64,000 nucleotides of DNA from Thermodesulfobacteriota bacterium. GTDB taxonomy: Bacteria; Desulfobacterota; Desulfobulbia; Desulfobulbales; SURF-16. This document shows positions 9,107-19,239 of this stretch, in pieces. The position numbers were made by a program, and so were the translations under genes. The notes beneath the pieces are model-generated. The model did not search any database and was not told where the DNA came from. It saw only the letters and a program-made list of their open reading frames with translations. The stretch is taken from NCBI GenBank assembly GCA_040755455.1, contig JBFMAY010000010.1, positions 32,012-96,011 of the forward strand. The letters run 5' to 3'. Every line of letters starts with the position of its first letter. Within the stretch, counting starts at the first letter, position 1.

Positions 9107-9150
9107 TCATTTTTTTGACTTTTCCCCCGGCCAAGAGTCAGAAAAATGAC
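9107..9150. promoter_or_regulatory. Candidate enhancer-binding-protein sites upstream of fliL
   Basis: GTCAGAAAAATGAC near-palindrome at 9137-9150 plus a related TTCA-T-tract-TGAC site upstream, about 110-150 bp before the sigma54 promoter. Confidence 0.4.
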
Positions 9151-9259
9151 CATTCATGCTTGCCGAAGGCAGCGCAAAAAAAGCCACCAGGCGGAATTAC
9201 CACAAACTAGTTTAACAAAAACAGCTTGTTATACGCAGATTTACTATTGACGGCAAGTG

Positions 9260-9275
9260 TGGCATAATACTCGCA
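9260..9275 (+). promoter_or_regulatory. sigma54 promoter of the flagellar operon
   Basis: TGGCATAATACTCGCA (GG-N10-GC) upstream of fliL. Confidence 0.6.
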
Positions 9276-9330
9276 AAAGACATGAGCAGACAACTATAAC
9301 AGCTGATTTTTTCTTTTGGGAGATAACACG

Positions 9331-9831
9331 ATGGCAGAAGAGCAAGCCAAGGCCGGAGAAGGGACGGAAGAGCCCAAAAAGAAGTCAAAGAAAATTCTCT
9401 TTATTATTCTGGGGGCGGCCATCCTCCTTTTAGGCGGCGGCGGCTTCTTCGCCTATACCCAATTTCTGGCCCCGAAACCGCCTCCGGCCGAACACGTTGC
9501 CGTCAACCCGGCAGACATTCCCGAAGCTGTTGGCGAAATTGTCACCCTCGAGCCTTTTGTGGTCAATCTGGCCGACCCGAAGGGAAACCGCTACCTGAAA
9601 ATGAAGATCAGCCTGGAACTTGACAACAAGGCGGCGGCTGACAGAGTGCAACAGGTAACCCCAAAGCTCAGGGATATCGTTATCATGATGCTGACCAGTC
9701 TCTCCTTTGAAGAGGTGATGACCCCGGAGGGCAAACTGCGGATCAGGGATGAACTCCTCGAACGTTTCAGCAGGATAACCCGTCCCGACAAAGTCAAAAA
9801 TATCTATTTTTCCGAATTCGTTGTGCAGTGA
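9331..9831 (+). CDS. fliL: Flagellar basal body-associated protein FliL
   Basis: N-terminal TM, PFVVNLAD, RYLK, IYFSEFVVQ; first gene of the fli cluster. Confidence 0.92.
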   Translation: MAEEQAKAGEGTEEPKKKSKKILFIILGAAILLLGGGGFFAYTQFLAPKPPPAEHVAVNPADIPEAVGEIVTLEPFVVNLADPKGNRYLKMKISLELDNKAAADRVQQVTPKLRDIVIMMLTSLSFEEVMTPEGKLRIRDELLERFSRITRPDKVKNIYFSEFVVQ

Positions 9832-9884
9832 TCCGCACAACAGAACCGGCATCTTGCCACTAACTGAAGGCTTATAAGATCTCC

Positions 9885-10874
9885 ATGGAACAAATCCTCA
9901 GCCAAGACGAAGTTGACGCCCTATTAAAGGGAATTGCAGGGGGCGACATTGAAGAACCGGAAGAGCAGCTTGACGAGGAAGCCCTCGAATACACCTCCTA
10001 TGATTTCACCCGGCAGGAACGTATCGTCCAGGTCAAAATGCCGGCCATGGAGGCAATCAACGACGTGTTCCTGCGTTCCATCAGGGCCTCGATTTCCGCC
10101 TCCCTGCGGCGCATCCTGGATATTACCGCGGTCCCCATGGAGCTCGAACGCTTCGGGGCCTTTGTCCGCACCCTGCCGGTACCCAGCAGTCTGCAGATTT
10201 TTAAAATGGAGCCCTTTCGCGGCCACGCCCTCTTCGTCATTGAACCGAAACTGGTCTTCGCCTTTGTTGAAAGCTTCCTGGGCGGCAGCGGCACCAGAAA
10301 TGTCAGGATTGAAGGGCGGGATTTCACCGGCATCGAACAGCGGCTGATTCAGCGCATTGTCAACCTCATCCTCAGCGATCTGGAAAAGGCCTGGTACTCG
10401 CTGCAGCCCATTAAGGTCCAGCACATTCGCAGCGAAATCAACCCGCAATTCGCCAAAATCTGCGAACCAGAGGATGTGGTCATCATCAACCGCTACGAAG
10501 TGGACATGGACCGGGCGGTGGGCAGCATTACCTCCTGCATCCCGGTCACCAACCTGGAATCCGTCAAGCAGAAGCTGATGACTACTTTCCAGCGGGAGCA
10601 AAGTGACGAGGACATCAGTCTCAAACGGATTCTGACCGAAAACATCAAAAATGTATCCCTTGAATTCAGGGCCGAATTAGGCAAGACAATTCTTCCGGCC
10701 GGCGACATTCTCAGCCTGGAGGTGGGGGATATCCTCCAACTTGATAAAAGAAAAGACGAAATGCTACCGGCCTTTGTCGGCGGCGTCAGAAAATATATGG
10801 GGTCACCTGGAATCCACCGGGGCAACAAGGCCTTTTTAATTAAACGCAAGGTCTTTGACCAGGAAAAAGATTAA
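9885..10874 (+). CDS. fliM: Flagellar motor switch protein FliM
   Basis: ILSQDEVDALL CheY-binding N-terminus, YDF, RSEINPQF. Confidence 0.95.
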   Translation: MEQILSQDEVDALLKGIAGGDIEEPEEQLDEEALEYTSYDFTRQERIVQVKMPAMEAINDVFLRSIRASISASLRRILDITAVPMELERFGAFVRTLPVPSSLQIFKMEPFRGHALFVIEPKLVFAFVESFLGGSGTRNVRIEGRDFTGIEQRLIQRIVNLILSDLEKAWYSLQPIKVQHIRSEINPQFAKICEPEDVVIINRYEVDMDRAVGSITSCIPVTNLESVKQKLMTTFQREQSDEDISLKRILTENIKNVSLEFRAELGKTILPAGDILSLEVGDILQLDKRKDEMLPAFVGGVRKYMGSPGIHRGNKAFLIKRKVFDQEKD

Positions 10875-10887
10875 CGGAGAAACAAAA

Positions 10888-11328
10888 ATGGCGGACGAAT
10901 CTTTGGATGATGCCTGGGCAAGCGCTTTGGAAGAGGCGAAGCCGAAAAACGGAGCTGATACAGCTGCTGGAGGAAACGACTGGGATTCCCTGGCCAAAAA
11001 CAATGGCGGAGGATCCCGGCCTGCCAGCTTCAATGAACTTGACGACAGCGGCGCAACCCAAACCTCCAGCCACAACCTTGATTTCCTGCTGGATATCCCG
11101 CTGGATGTATCGGTTGAACTGGGACGCACCAGCATGATCATCGACAAGATGCTGCAGCTGACCCAGGGCTCCGTGGTTGAGCTGGAAAAGGCGGCTGGTG
11201 AGCCGGTGGAAATTTATGTCAACCGCAAGCTGTTGGGAAAAGGCGAAGTCATCGTGGTCAATGACCGGTTTGGCGTGCGGATCACGGAAATTATCAGCCA
11301 GGCTGACCGCATTAAAAACATGGGCTAA
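10888..11328 (+). CDS. fliN: Flagellar motor switch protein FliN
   Basis: LLDIPLDVSVELGRT, GEVIVVNDRFGVRIT. Confidence 0.93.
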   Translation: MADESLDDAWASALEEAKPKNGADTAAGGNDWDSLAKNNGGGSRPASFNELDDSGATQTSSHNLDFLLDIPLDVSVELGRTSMIIDKMLQLTQGSVVELEKAAGEPVEIYVNRKLLGKGEVIVVNDRFGVRITEIISQADRIKNMG

Positions 11329-11380
11329 AAACCTGAGCTACTTGGCGATTCACTTAAAGGTATTCATTGCGGGTAGACTT

Positions 11381-11887
11381 ATGAGCGGTTCCTTGGGACA
11401 CAGATCAGTACAATCAGCCGGACGGCTGATGCGGGCAGCCTTCGCGGCCCTGCCTTTTTCCGCCATGCCCGCCTGGGCAACTGAAGCGGCGGCGCAACAT
11501 TCGGTAACCGACCCTGTACTGGACCTGGCGCAGACAACCTCCCTTGCCCTGACCATCATGAAGGTAATGGGCGCCTTGCTGCTCACGGTGGGACTCATGC
11601 TGTTGCTTGCCGTCTGGCTCCGAAAGATCGGCCTGAGCCGGGCTGGTCTGCGCCAGGGAACGCTTATCAGTATCCTCGACACCAAGATGATCGCCCCGAA
11701 AAAGTATGTGGCCGTGGTGCAGGTGGCGGAGCAGACCCTGGCCCTTGGCATTACCGACCAGCAGATCACCATGCTCAGCCGGCTGGAGACGAGTGCAACC
11801 CAAATCCAGGAAAGCCCGAAAGACAGGCCTCAGCCCACATCTTTCGCCACCCTGCTCGGCAAGGTGGGCAGGAGGGACGGCCAATGA
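11381..11887 (+). CDS. fliO: Flagellar biosynthesis protein FliO
   Basis: TM plus IAPKKYVAVVQV...LGIT; lies between fliN and fliP; start uncertain. Confidence 0.8.
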   Translation: MSGSLGHRSVQSAGRLMRAAFAALPFSAMPAWATEAAAQHSVTDPVLDLAQTTSLALTIMKVMGALLLTVGLMLLLAVWLRKIGLSRAGLRQGTLISILDTKMIAPKKYVAVVQVAEQTLALGITDQQITMLSRLETSATQIQESPKDRPQPTSFATLLGKVGRRDGQ

Positions 11888-12633
11888 AAAAATTTCTGCT
11901 GCCGCTCGCTTCTTTCCTTTTTGTGCTCATGGCAACGGCGGACTGCCAGGCTGTCACGCTGCCGACGGTGCAGATCGGTCTGGCGGACACCAACGACCCC
12001 AAGCAGGTTTCCGTACTCATCGAGATCCTGCTCGTTTTCACCGTTTTATCCATTGCGCCGGCCATCATCTTGATGACCACCTGTTTCACCAGGCTTGTCG
12101 TGGCCTTTTCCTTTCTGCGAAGCGCCCTGGGCACCCAGCAGATGCCCCCTCCGCAGCTGCTCATCGGGCTTGCCCTGTTTCTGACCGTTTTCATCATGAG
12201 CCCGGTCCTGAAAGAAATGAACGAGACGGCGGTCAAGCCTTACCTGAATCAACAGATTGGGATCCAGCAGGCCTTTACCGAAGGCATCAAACCCCTGCGT
12301 GCCTTCATGTTCAAACAGACAAGGGAAAAGGATCTCGCCCTTTTCCTCGGCATCGCCAAAATGCAGAAACCGGCCAACAAGGACGAGGTCCCCACCACCA
12401 TCCTGGTGCCCTCCTTTGTCATCAGCGAGCTGAAAACAGCCTTCCAGATAGGCTTCATTCTCTTTCTGCCCTTTCTGGTCATCGACATGGTGGTTGCCAG
12501 CGTCCTGCTCTCCATGGGCATGATGATGCTGCCCCCGGTCATGGTGTCACTGCCCTTTAAACTGCTTCTCTTTGTGCTCGTTGACGGGTGGTATCTCATC
12601 GTAGGCTCACTGGTTAAAAGCTTTGGAGTATAG
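11884..12633 (+). CDS. fliP: Flagellar export apparatus protein FliP
   Basis: SELKTAFQIGF, GMMMLPP, LFVLVDGW. Confidence 0.96.
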   Translation: MKKFLLPLASFLFVLMATADCQAVTLPTVQIGLADTNDPKQVSVLIEILLVFTVLSIAPAIILMTTCFTRLVVAFSFLRSALGTQQMPPPQLLIGLALFLTVFIMSPVLKEMNETAVKPYLNQQIGIQQAFTEGIKPLRAFMFKQTREKDLALFLGIAKMQKPANKDEVPTTILVPSFVISELKTAFQIGFILFLPFLVIDMVVASVLLSMGMMMLPPVMVSLPFKLLLFVLVDGWYLIVGSLVKSFGV

Positions 12634-12635
12634 CT

Positions 12636-12905
12636 ATGGTTCCCCTGGAAGCTGTCACCCTAGGTCAGAATGCCATCACCATCGCCCTGCTGCTCTCCGC
12701 TCCGCTGCTGCTGGTCGGTATGGCAGTGGGCCTGCTGATCGCCATTTTTCAGGCCACGACCCAGATTCAGGAAATGACCCTGACCTTTGTGCCCAAGATC
12801 GTTGCCGTCATGCTAGCCCTGCTTTTTTTTTCCTCCTGGATGCTGATCAAGATGACCGATTACACCAACGATCTCTTTCTCAGCATCCCGGATCTCATCA
12901 GATGA
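12636..12905 (+). CDS. fliQ: Flagellar export protein FliQ
   Basis: FQATTQIQEMTLTFVPK. Confidence 0.96.
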   Translation: MVPLEAVTLGQNAITIALLLSAPLLLVGMAVGLLIAIFQATTQIQEMTLTFVPKIVAVMLALLFFSSWMLIKMTDYTNDLFLSIPDLIR

Positions 12906-12918
12906 CAGGGAAACAACA

Positions 12919-13710
12919 ATGGTTGACGCCAAATTGCTGAACTGGACTCTGCATCAATTTCTGGCCCTGGTCATTATCATGATCAGGGTGGGGCCTTTGC
13001 TCTTTTTCATGCCGATCACCGGTTCCCGCAGTGTCCCTTCCCAGGTCAAGATTCTCCTGACGGTGGCCACTTCCCTGGTCCTTCTTCCGGTTGTCCCGGT
13101 CCAGGCCGACCAGCTGCCGACCACGGTGCTGGGTTTTCTCATCTTCACCGTCAGCGAGGTGTGCTTTGCCGGCATTCTGGCAGTCTTTGCCCGTATGGTT
13201 TTTGACGCTGTGCAGATTGCCGGCCAGATGGTGGACATTCAGATGGGCATGGGCATGGCCGGGGTCATGGACCCCCAATACGGCGTCCAGACATCGCTGA
13301 CCGGCCAGTTCTGGAACCTTATTGCCATTCTCATCTTTTTAGGCATTGACGGGCATCATCTCTATATCAGAACCCTGCTTGAAAGTTTCACCTGGGTCAA
13401 ACCGGGGACCCTGCATATCGGGCAAGCCACCTTTGAGGGGCTGATGCAGGGTGCGGGGCGGATGTTCGTGATGGCGGTCAAGATTATGGCACCGGCCTCG
13501 GCCGCAGTTTTCTTTTCCCACGTCGCCATGGGCATCATCGCCAAAACCGTACCGCAGATTCCCATTCTCATTGTGGGCATGCCGCTCAATATCGGCGTCG
13601 GACTTATTTTTGTCGGCTTGTCACTTGCCTATTTTCTCCCCCTGATGATCAGTCAGTTCGACATGCTGGGGAGAATTCTGCCCAAACTTACGCAGGGATT
13701 GGGAGGATAA
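12919..13710 (+). CDS. fliR: Flagellar export protein FliR
   Basis: AGQMVDIQMG, DGHH, PQIPILIVGMP. Confidence 0.94.
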   Translation: MVDAKLLNWTLHQFLALVIIMIRVGPLLFFMPITGSRSVPSQVKILLTVATSLVLLPVVPVQADQLPTTVLGFLIFTVSEVCFAGILAVFARMVFDAVQIAGQMVDIQMGMGMAGVMDPQYGVQTSLTGQFWNLIAILIFLGIDGHHLYIRTLLESFTWVKPGTLHIGQATFEGLMQGAGRMFVMAVKIMAPASAAVFFSHVAMGIIAKTVPQIPILIVGMPLNIGVGLIFVGLSLAYFLPLMISQFDMLGRILPKLTQGLGG

Positions 13711-13713
13711 GAG

Positions 13714-14784
13714 ATGGCTGAAGAACAGAGCGGCCAGGAAAAAACCGAGGAACCAACCTCCAGAAGACTCCAGGACGCCAGGAAAAAAGGAGATGTGGCC
13801 AAAAGCATGGAGATCCCTTCAGCCGCGGTTCTGCTGCTGGGGCTGCTGACCATCTATCTGCTCAGCGGCTTTCTGCTGGAGAATTTTCTCAACCTGCTGC
13901 GCCACTACCTCACCCATCTGCATGTGATTAATATTATTCCGGGCAACATGGCGGTGATCACCCGGGATTCCATGCAATACGTCGCCATTCTCACCGGCCC
14001 GCTCATGCTCGTCCTCCTCATCACCGCCCTGGTTGCCAATTATGCCCAGGTCGGCTTTCTTTTCACCACGGAAAAAATGGAGCCCACCCTTGACAAAATT
14101 GATCCGATCAAAGGGTTCGGCCGCATCTTTTCCTTGCAGACCCTGGCAAACACCATCAAGTCGATCGCTAAGCTGCTCATTGTCGGCTATGTGGCCTATA
14201 AAGAAATCATGAAAAACATTGAGGGCATCCTGCCCCTTATGGATCAGGAGCCCTATGCCATCCTGGTTTTTTATGCCAAGGTTTCCTTCTGGATTTTCCT
14301 GAAAGCGGCGCTCATTATCGCTGTCCTGGCCGCCATTGACTATGCCTTCCAACGCTGGCAGTTCATGAAGAAAATGAAGATGACCAAGCAGGAAGTCAAA
14401 GAAGAGGCCAAAATGACCGAGGGCGATCCCCATGTCAAGGGCCGTATCCGATCCATTCAGATGCAGATGGCCCGGAAACGCATGATGACGGAGGTGCCGA
14501 AGGCGGATGTCATCATCACCAACCCGACGCACCTGGCCATCGCCCTGGCCTATGACAATGAAACCATGAGCGCCCCGACGGTCCTTGCCAAGGGTGCGGG
14601 CGTCATTGCCGGAAAAATCAAGGATGTGGCCAAGGAACACGGCATCCCGATTATTGAAGATAAACCATTGGCCCAGGCCCTTTATAAAGCAGTTGAAATA
14701 AATGAACAGATTCCGGAGAATCTCTTCCAGGCAGTGGCCGAGATCCTTGCCTATGTTTACGGCCTTAAAAAGAAAAGCGCCTAA
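13714..14784 (+). CDS. flhB: Flagellar export protein FlhB
   Basis: EKTEEPT, EGDPHVK, NPTH autocleavage motif. Confidence 0.96.
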   Translation: MAEEQSGQEKTEEPTSRRLQDARKKGDVAKSMEIPSAAVLLLGLLTIYLLSGFLLENFLNLLRHYLTHLHVINIIPGNMAVITRDSMQYVAILTGPLMLVLLITALVANYAQVGFLFTTEKMEPTLDKIDPIKGFGRIFSLQTLANTIKSIAKLLIVGYVAYKEIMKNIEGILPLMDQEPYAILVFYAKVSFWIFLKAALIIAVLAAIDYAFQRWQFMKKMKMTKQEVKEEAKMTEGDPHVKGRIRSIQMQMARKRMMTEVPKADVIITNPTHLAIALAYDNETMSAPTVLAKGAGVIAGKIKDVAKEHGIPIIEDKPLAQALYKAVEINEQIPENLFQAVAEILAYVYGLKKKSA

Positions 14785-14957
14785 GACTGAACGTGCATGG
14801 TTGCAACCCGCAACTGCAACCTTTAGCCGTTGTAAAAAAATAATATCGTCGTCTGGATGGCTGAGACGGCATAAGCAGCCCTAACGAAATACTCAAAAAA
14901 TTAAGCGGTTATTTCGTAACGGCTCCTAAACTTTAAACCTTGAACGTAAAGTAAACC

Positions 14958-17066
14958 ATGGCGGAAAAAACTGACAGACTGGGACTGGGAGCCATCAACA
15001 TTGAACCGTCCAGCCTCCTGGTCGCGGTGGGCCTGGTGGGCATACTGATGGTCATGATCATCCCGCTGCCCACCCTGCTGCTTGACCTGCTGCTGTCGCT
15101 TGGCATCACCATGAGTCTGGTTATCCTGCTGATGTCCATGTACAACACAGACCCGCTGGAGTTTTCCGCTTTCCCCTCCCTGCTGCTGCTGACCACCCTC
15201 TACCGGCTGTCACTCAATATCGCGTCAACCCGGCTTATTCTGCTCCACGGCCACGAAGGGCCCGGTTCCGTGGGCAAGGTCATCCAGTCGTTCGGCAACT
15301 TTGTTGTGGGCGGGAGCTTTGCGGTGGGACTTATCATCTTTCTCATCATGGTGCTCATCAACTTCATCGTTATCACCAAAGGCTCCGGCCGTATCGCTGA
15401 AGTCGCGGCCAGATTCACCCTGGATGCCATGCCGGGCAAGCAGATGGCCATTGATGCCGACCTCAACGCCGGCCTCATCAACGAGGAAATGGCCAAAAAG
15501 AGACGGACGGAGATCAGCCAGCAATCCGAGTTTTATGGCGCCATGGATGGCGCCAGCAAGTTTGTCCGCGGCGAGGCGATCGCCAGCATTGTCATTATGA
15601 TCATCAATATCATGGGCGGACTTTTCATCGGCATCTTTCTGCAGAATATGCCCATTGCCCAGGCCGCGGAAGCATATACCCTGCTTACCATCGGTGATGG
15701 GCTTGTTTCACAGATCCCCTCCCTGATCATTTCCACCTCTGCCGGTATTATCGTCAGCCGCGCCGCTTCAGAGGCCAGCATGGGCAAGGAGCTGACCAAA
15801 CAGTTCGGCAGACAGCCCCAGGCCCTGGCCGTATCTTCCGGCATCATCATGCTTTTCGGCCTGATCCCCGGCCTGCCGCATATCCCGTTTCTCATCCTAG
15901 GCGCGGCCATGGGAGGACTGGCCTGGATTGCCTTTCAGAATCTGGCCGCTGAAGAGAGCGAAGAACAGATTGCCGCGGAAAGAAAAAAAGAAACAGCGCC
16001 TCCGCCGGGCTCGCCCGAAACAGTGGAAGCCTTGCTACCCCTTGACACCCTGGAGCTTGAGGTGGGTTACGGCCTGATTCCCCTGGTGGATGAATCCCAG
16101 GAGGGGGATCTGCTGGAACGCATCCGGGGCATCCGGCGCCAGTTTGCCGTTGACATGGGTCTTATCATCCCCCCCCTGCATGTGCGGGACAATCTGCAGA
16201 TTAAACCCGATGAATATGTCCTGCTCCTCAAGGGGGTGGAAATTGCCCGGGGCGAGCTGATGATGGGCTACTTTCTGGCCATGGACTCCGGTGCCGCCAA
16301 AAGAGTGGTTGAAGGAATTCCCACGGTGGAACCCGCCTTCCGACTGCCCGCCCTGTGGGTCGCGGCAGACAAAAAGGACGAGGCCCAGCTGGCCGGCTAT
16401 ACGGTGGTTGACCCCTCCACCGTGGTAGCCACCCATCTGACCGAGGTCCTGCGTACCCATGCCGACGAACTCCTGGGCCGCCAGGATACCCAGAAGCTTC
16501 TCGACAATCTGGCGAAAAATCATCCGAAGGTTGTGGAAGAGCTGGTGCCCGGCCTTCTTGCCCTGGGAAAAATCCAGAAGGTCCTACAGAATCTGCTGCG
16601 GGAGCGGGTGTCCATCAGAAATCTGCTGACCATCTGCGAGACCCTGGCTGACTACGCTCCCATGGGAAAAGATCCGGAAATTCTCACAGAGTATGTGCGG
16701 CAGAAACTGTCCCGCTCCATCGTCAGCACCTTGACTGATGATGCCGGTACCCTGTCCGTGCTGACTCTTACCACCCAGATCGAGGATCTTATCCGGGAAT
16801 CAGTGCAATCCACGGAACAGGGTTCATTTCTTGCCCTGGACCCCAACGTGGGCCAGAAGATAATCGAAGCAATCCAGGCCCATGTGGATAAAATTTCCCA
16901 GGAAGGGTACCAGCCGATCATCATCACCGCACCGGTGGTACGACGCCATCTCCGCCGGCTTATTGAACGATTTATGCCCCAGGTGGTGGTATTGTCCCAT
17001 AATGAATTGACCAACCAGTCGAAGATCCAGTCCCTGGGCACTGTTGACATGAAAACAAAAAAATAG
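14958..17066 (+). CDS. flhA: Flagellar export protein FlhA
   Basis: AEVAARFTLDAMPGKQMAIDADL, FYGAMDGASKFV. Confidence 0.97.
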   Translation: MAEKTDRLGLGAINIEPSSLLVAVGLVGILMVMIIPLPTLLLDLLLSLGITMSLVILLMSMYNTDPLEFSAFPSLLLLTTLYRLSLNIASTRLILLHGHEGPGSVGKVIQSFGNFVVGGSFAVGLIIFLIMVLINFIVITKGSGRIAEVAARFTLDAMPGKQMAIDADLNAGLINEEMAKKRRTEISQQSEFYGAMDGASKFVRGEAIASIVIMIINIMGGLFIGIFLQNMPIAQAAEAYTLLTIGDGLVSQIPSLIISTSAGIIVSRAASEASMGKELTKQFGRQPQALAVSSGIIMLFGLIPGLPHIPFLILGAAMGGLAWIAFQNLAAEESEEQIAAERKKETAPPPGSPETVEALLPLDTLELEVGYGLIPLVDESQEGDLLERIRGIRRQFAVDMGLIIPPLHVRDNLQIKPDEYVLLLKGVEIARGELMMGYFLAMDSGAAKRVVEGIPTVEPAFRLPALWVAADKKDEAQLAGYTVVDPSTVVATHLTEVLRTHADELLGRQDTQKLLDNLAKNHPKVVEELVPGLLALGKIQKVLQNLLRERVSIRNLLTICETLADYAPMGKDPEILTEYVRQKLSRSIVSTLTDDAGTLSVLTLTTQIEDLIRESVQSTEQGSFLALDPNVGQKIIEAIQAHVDKISQEGYQPIIITAPVVRRHLRRLIERFMPQVVVLSHNELTNQSKIQSLGTVDMKTKK

Positions 17067-17106
17067 CCGTTAACCCGACAAAAGCAAACTAGCGACCAGA
17101 ACACAC

Positions 17107-18261
17107 ATGCGCATTAAAAGATTCGAAGCACCGGACAGCAAAACCGCCTTTGCCATGGTTAAAAAAGAACTTGGCGAGGATGCCGTTATCCTGGCCAACA
17201 AAACCCTTGACGCCGGAACCGCCAACCAGCGCTATGAGGTGGTGGCGGCGATGGATTATGACCTGGAAACCATCACCGTTGCCGCGGAAAGCAGCTGCAA
17301 CCTGATTCCGGACAATCAGCCGGCAATTTACGGCTATGGATCGTTCCGCCGGAAAAAAACCGATTGCCCCCCGGCAAACCCGCAGAAACTGCAACAACCG
17401 GCCAAAAACAATGAAATCTCTTTTGAGGCCAATGATCTCCGTCTGCGTTTTACCGATCTCCTGCGGCAAAAAGGAGTTACCCCGCCAGTCAAAAACCAGC
17501 CTCCCCCCCCGGCACCATCACCTGCCCCCAGGGCCAGAAAACGTCCCGACCCTGAAGAGGTAAGCCGCTGGCGCAATCAACTCATCGACCAGCTGCAGGT
17601 CAGGCCGCCGGCCATAGACAAGGCAAAGGCGCCGGTGATCCTGGTGCTCACCGGCCCCACCGGGGTAGGCAAGACCACCACATCGGCCAAGATCGCCGCC
17701 TGGTACAAATTACGGGAAAACCGCAAGGTGGCCCTCCTTTCCATGGACTGTTACCGCATCGGCGCAACCGATCAAATCAGAACCTACGCCCGTATCATGC
17801 AGATTCCTTGCGAGATCGTCCTGCGCAAGAACGATCTGCGCAAGGCGGTCGACCGGTACCGCGATTGCGATCTCATTATCATTGATACGGCCGGCAAGAG
17901 CCCCTATGATGCGGCGCATATCAGCGAACTTGCCAGCTGGCTCTCCGACATTGGCGGCATTGAACCCCAGCTTGTTTTAAGCGCCACCACCAAAAAAGAA
18001 GACCTGAAATACATCATTGAAGCCTATGCCTCGCTGAGCCCGACAGGACTTATTCTGACAAAGCTGGATGAAACAAGGGCATACGCCGCCCTGTGCCAGC
18101 AGATTGCCGGAGTTGCCATCCCCATCTCCTATGTCGCCACCGGGCAGAGGGTTCCGGAAGATTTTTACGTTGCCTCAAAACCTTTCCTGGAAAAGCTGTT
18201 CAAACAGGGATGGGATGCCGTTCTCGGCAATGAAAGCTCTTACTCCGACAGCGGCTCATAA
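17107..18261 (+). CDS. flhF: SRP-family GTPase FlhF
   Basis: GPTGVGKTT, DTAG, TKLDET, GQRVPED. Confidence 0.93.
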   Translation: MRIKRFEAPDSKTAFAMVKKELGEDAVILANKTLDAGTANQRYEVVAAMDYDLETITVAAESSCNLIPDNQPAIYGYGSFRRKKTDCPPANPQKLQQPAKNNEISFEANDLRLRFTDLLRQKGVTPPVKNQPPPPAPSPAPRARKRPDPEEVSRWRNQLIDQLQVRPPAIDKAKAPVILVLTGPTGVGKTTTSAKIAAWYKLRENRKVALLSMDCYRIGATDQIRTYARIMQIPCEIVLRKNDLRKAVDRYRDCDLIIIDTAGKSPYDAAHISELASWLSDIGGIEPQLVLSATTKKEDLKYIIEAYASLSPTGLILTKLDETRAYAALCQQIAGVAIPISYVATGQRVPEDFYVASKPFLEKLFKQGWDAVLGNESSYSDSGS

Positions 18262-19160
18262 TGAGGACATTTACCATGCATCAGGCAGACACCTTGGAAA
18301 AAATCATGGATCAGAATCAGAACTCCCGCGGGCGTTATGCGCTGTCAGCATCGGCAACGGCCCCCAGGGTCATTTGTGTGACGAGCGGCAAGGGCGGTGT
18401 AGGGAAAACCAACATTGTCGTCAATCTGGCCTACAGCCTGACAAAACTGGGGAAAAAGGTCGTGGTGCTGGATGCGGATCTCAACCTGGCCAATGTGGAC
18501 GTGCTGCTGGGGCTGACCCCCCGTCATAATCTGCACCATGTTTTTCTGGGCGAAAAAACGTTAAAAGAAATCCTGGTGAAGGGGCCGGGCGGCATCGCCA
18601 TTCTGCCTGCAAGCTCGGGAATTCTCGAACTCTCCGACCTGACCGAGGAGCAGAAGCTCTACTTTCTCGCCGAAATGTCAGAACTGGGGGAACAGATTGA
18701 TATCCTCCTGATCGACACCGCCGCTGGCATCAACAAAAATGTCATCTACTTTACCCTGGCTGCCGAGGAGCGGGTGATCGTTCTGACGCCGGAACCCACC
18801 TCTCTTACCGACGCCTATGCCATGATCAAGGTCCTCTCCACCCGCCATGACGTAAAAAAATTCCGCATCCTGGTCAACTCGGCCCATTCAGAAAAGGAGG
18901 CGCTGGCCGTTTTCCGCCAGCTCACCCTGGTTGCGGACCGTTTCCTGGAAACACTTTCACTCGATTATCTCGGCTACATCCCATTTGATAAAAAACTCCC
19001 CCAGGCGGTCCGGGCCCAGCGCCTTGTCACGGAACTTTCACCTCACTGTCCGGCATCCGCCATGTTTCACAAGCTCGCCAGATTCATTGCCGATGAAGAC
19101 AGAGTCGTCCAGAGTGATGGAAATATTAAATTTTTCTGGAAACGGCTGCTTGATTTATAA
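18261..19160 (+). CDS. flhG: MinD-like ATPase FlhG/FleN
   Basis: SGKGGVGKT, DADLNLAN, PEPTSLTDAYA; directly follows flhF. Confidence 0.92.
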   Translation: MRTFTMHQADTLEKIMDQNQNSRGRYALSASATAPRVICVTSGKGGVGKTNIVVNLAYSLTKLGKKVVVLDADLNLANVDVLLGLTPRHNLHHVFLGEKTLKEILVKGPGGIAILPASSGILELSDLTEEQKLYFLAEMSELGEQIDILLIDTAAGINKNVIYFTLAAEERVIVLTPEPTSLTDAYAMIKVLSTRHDVKKFRILVNSAHSEKEALAVFRQLTLVADRFLETLSLDYLGYIPFDKKLPQAVRAQRLVTELSPHCPASAMFHKLARFIADEDRVVQSDGNIKFFWKRLLDL

Positions 19161-19239
19161 TATAGTAGGGCAGCGAAGTTTTTTGCCGTCTTAACGCACA
19201 AGATCGATCATTCAGCCAGGGACCACTTCACCCAGCGAC

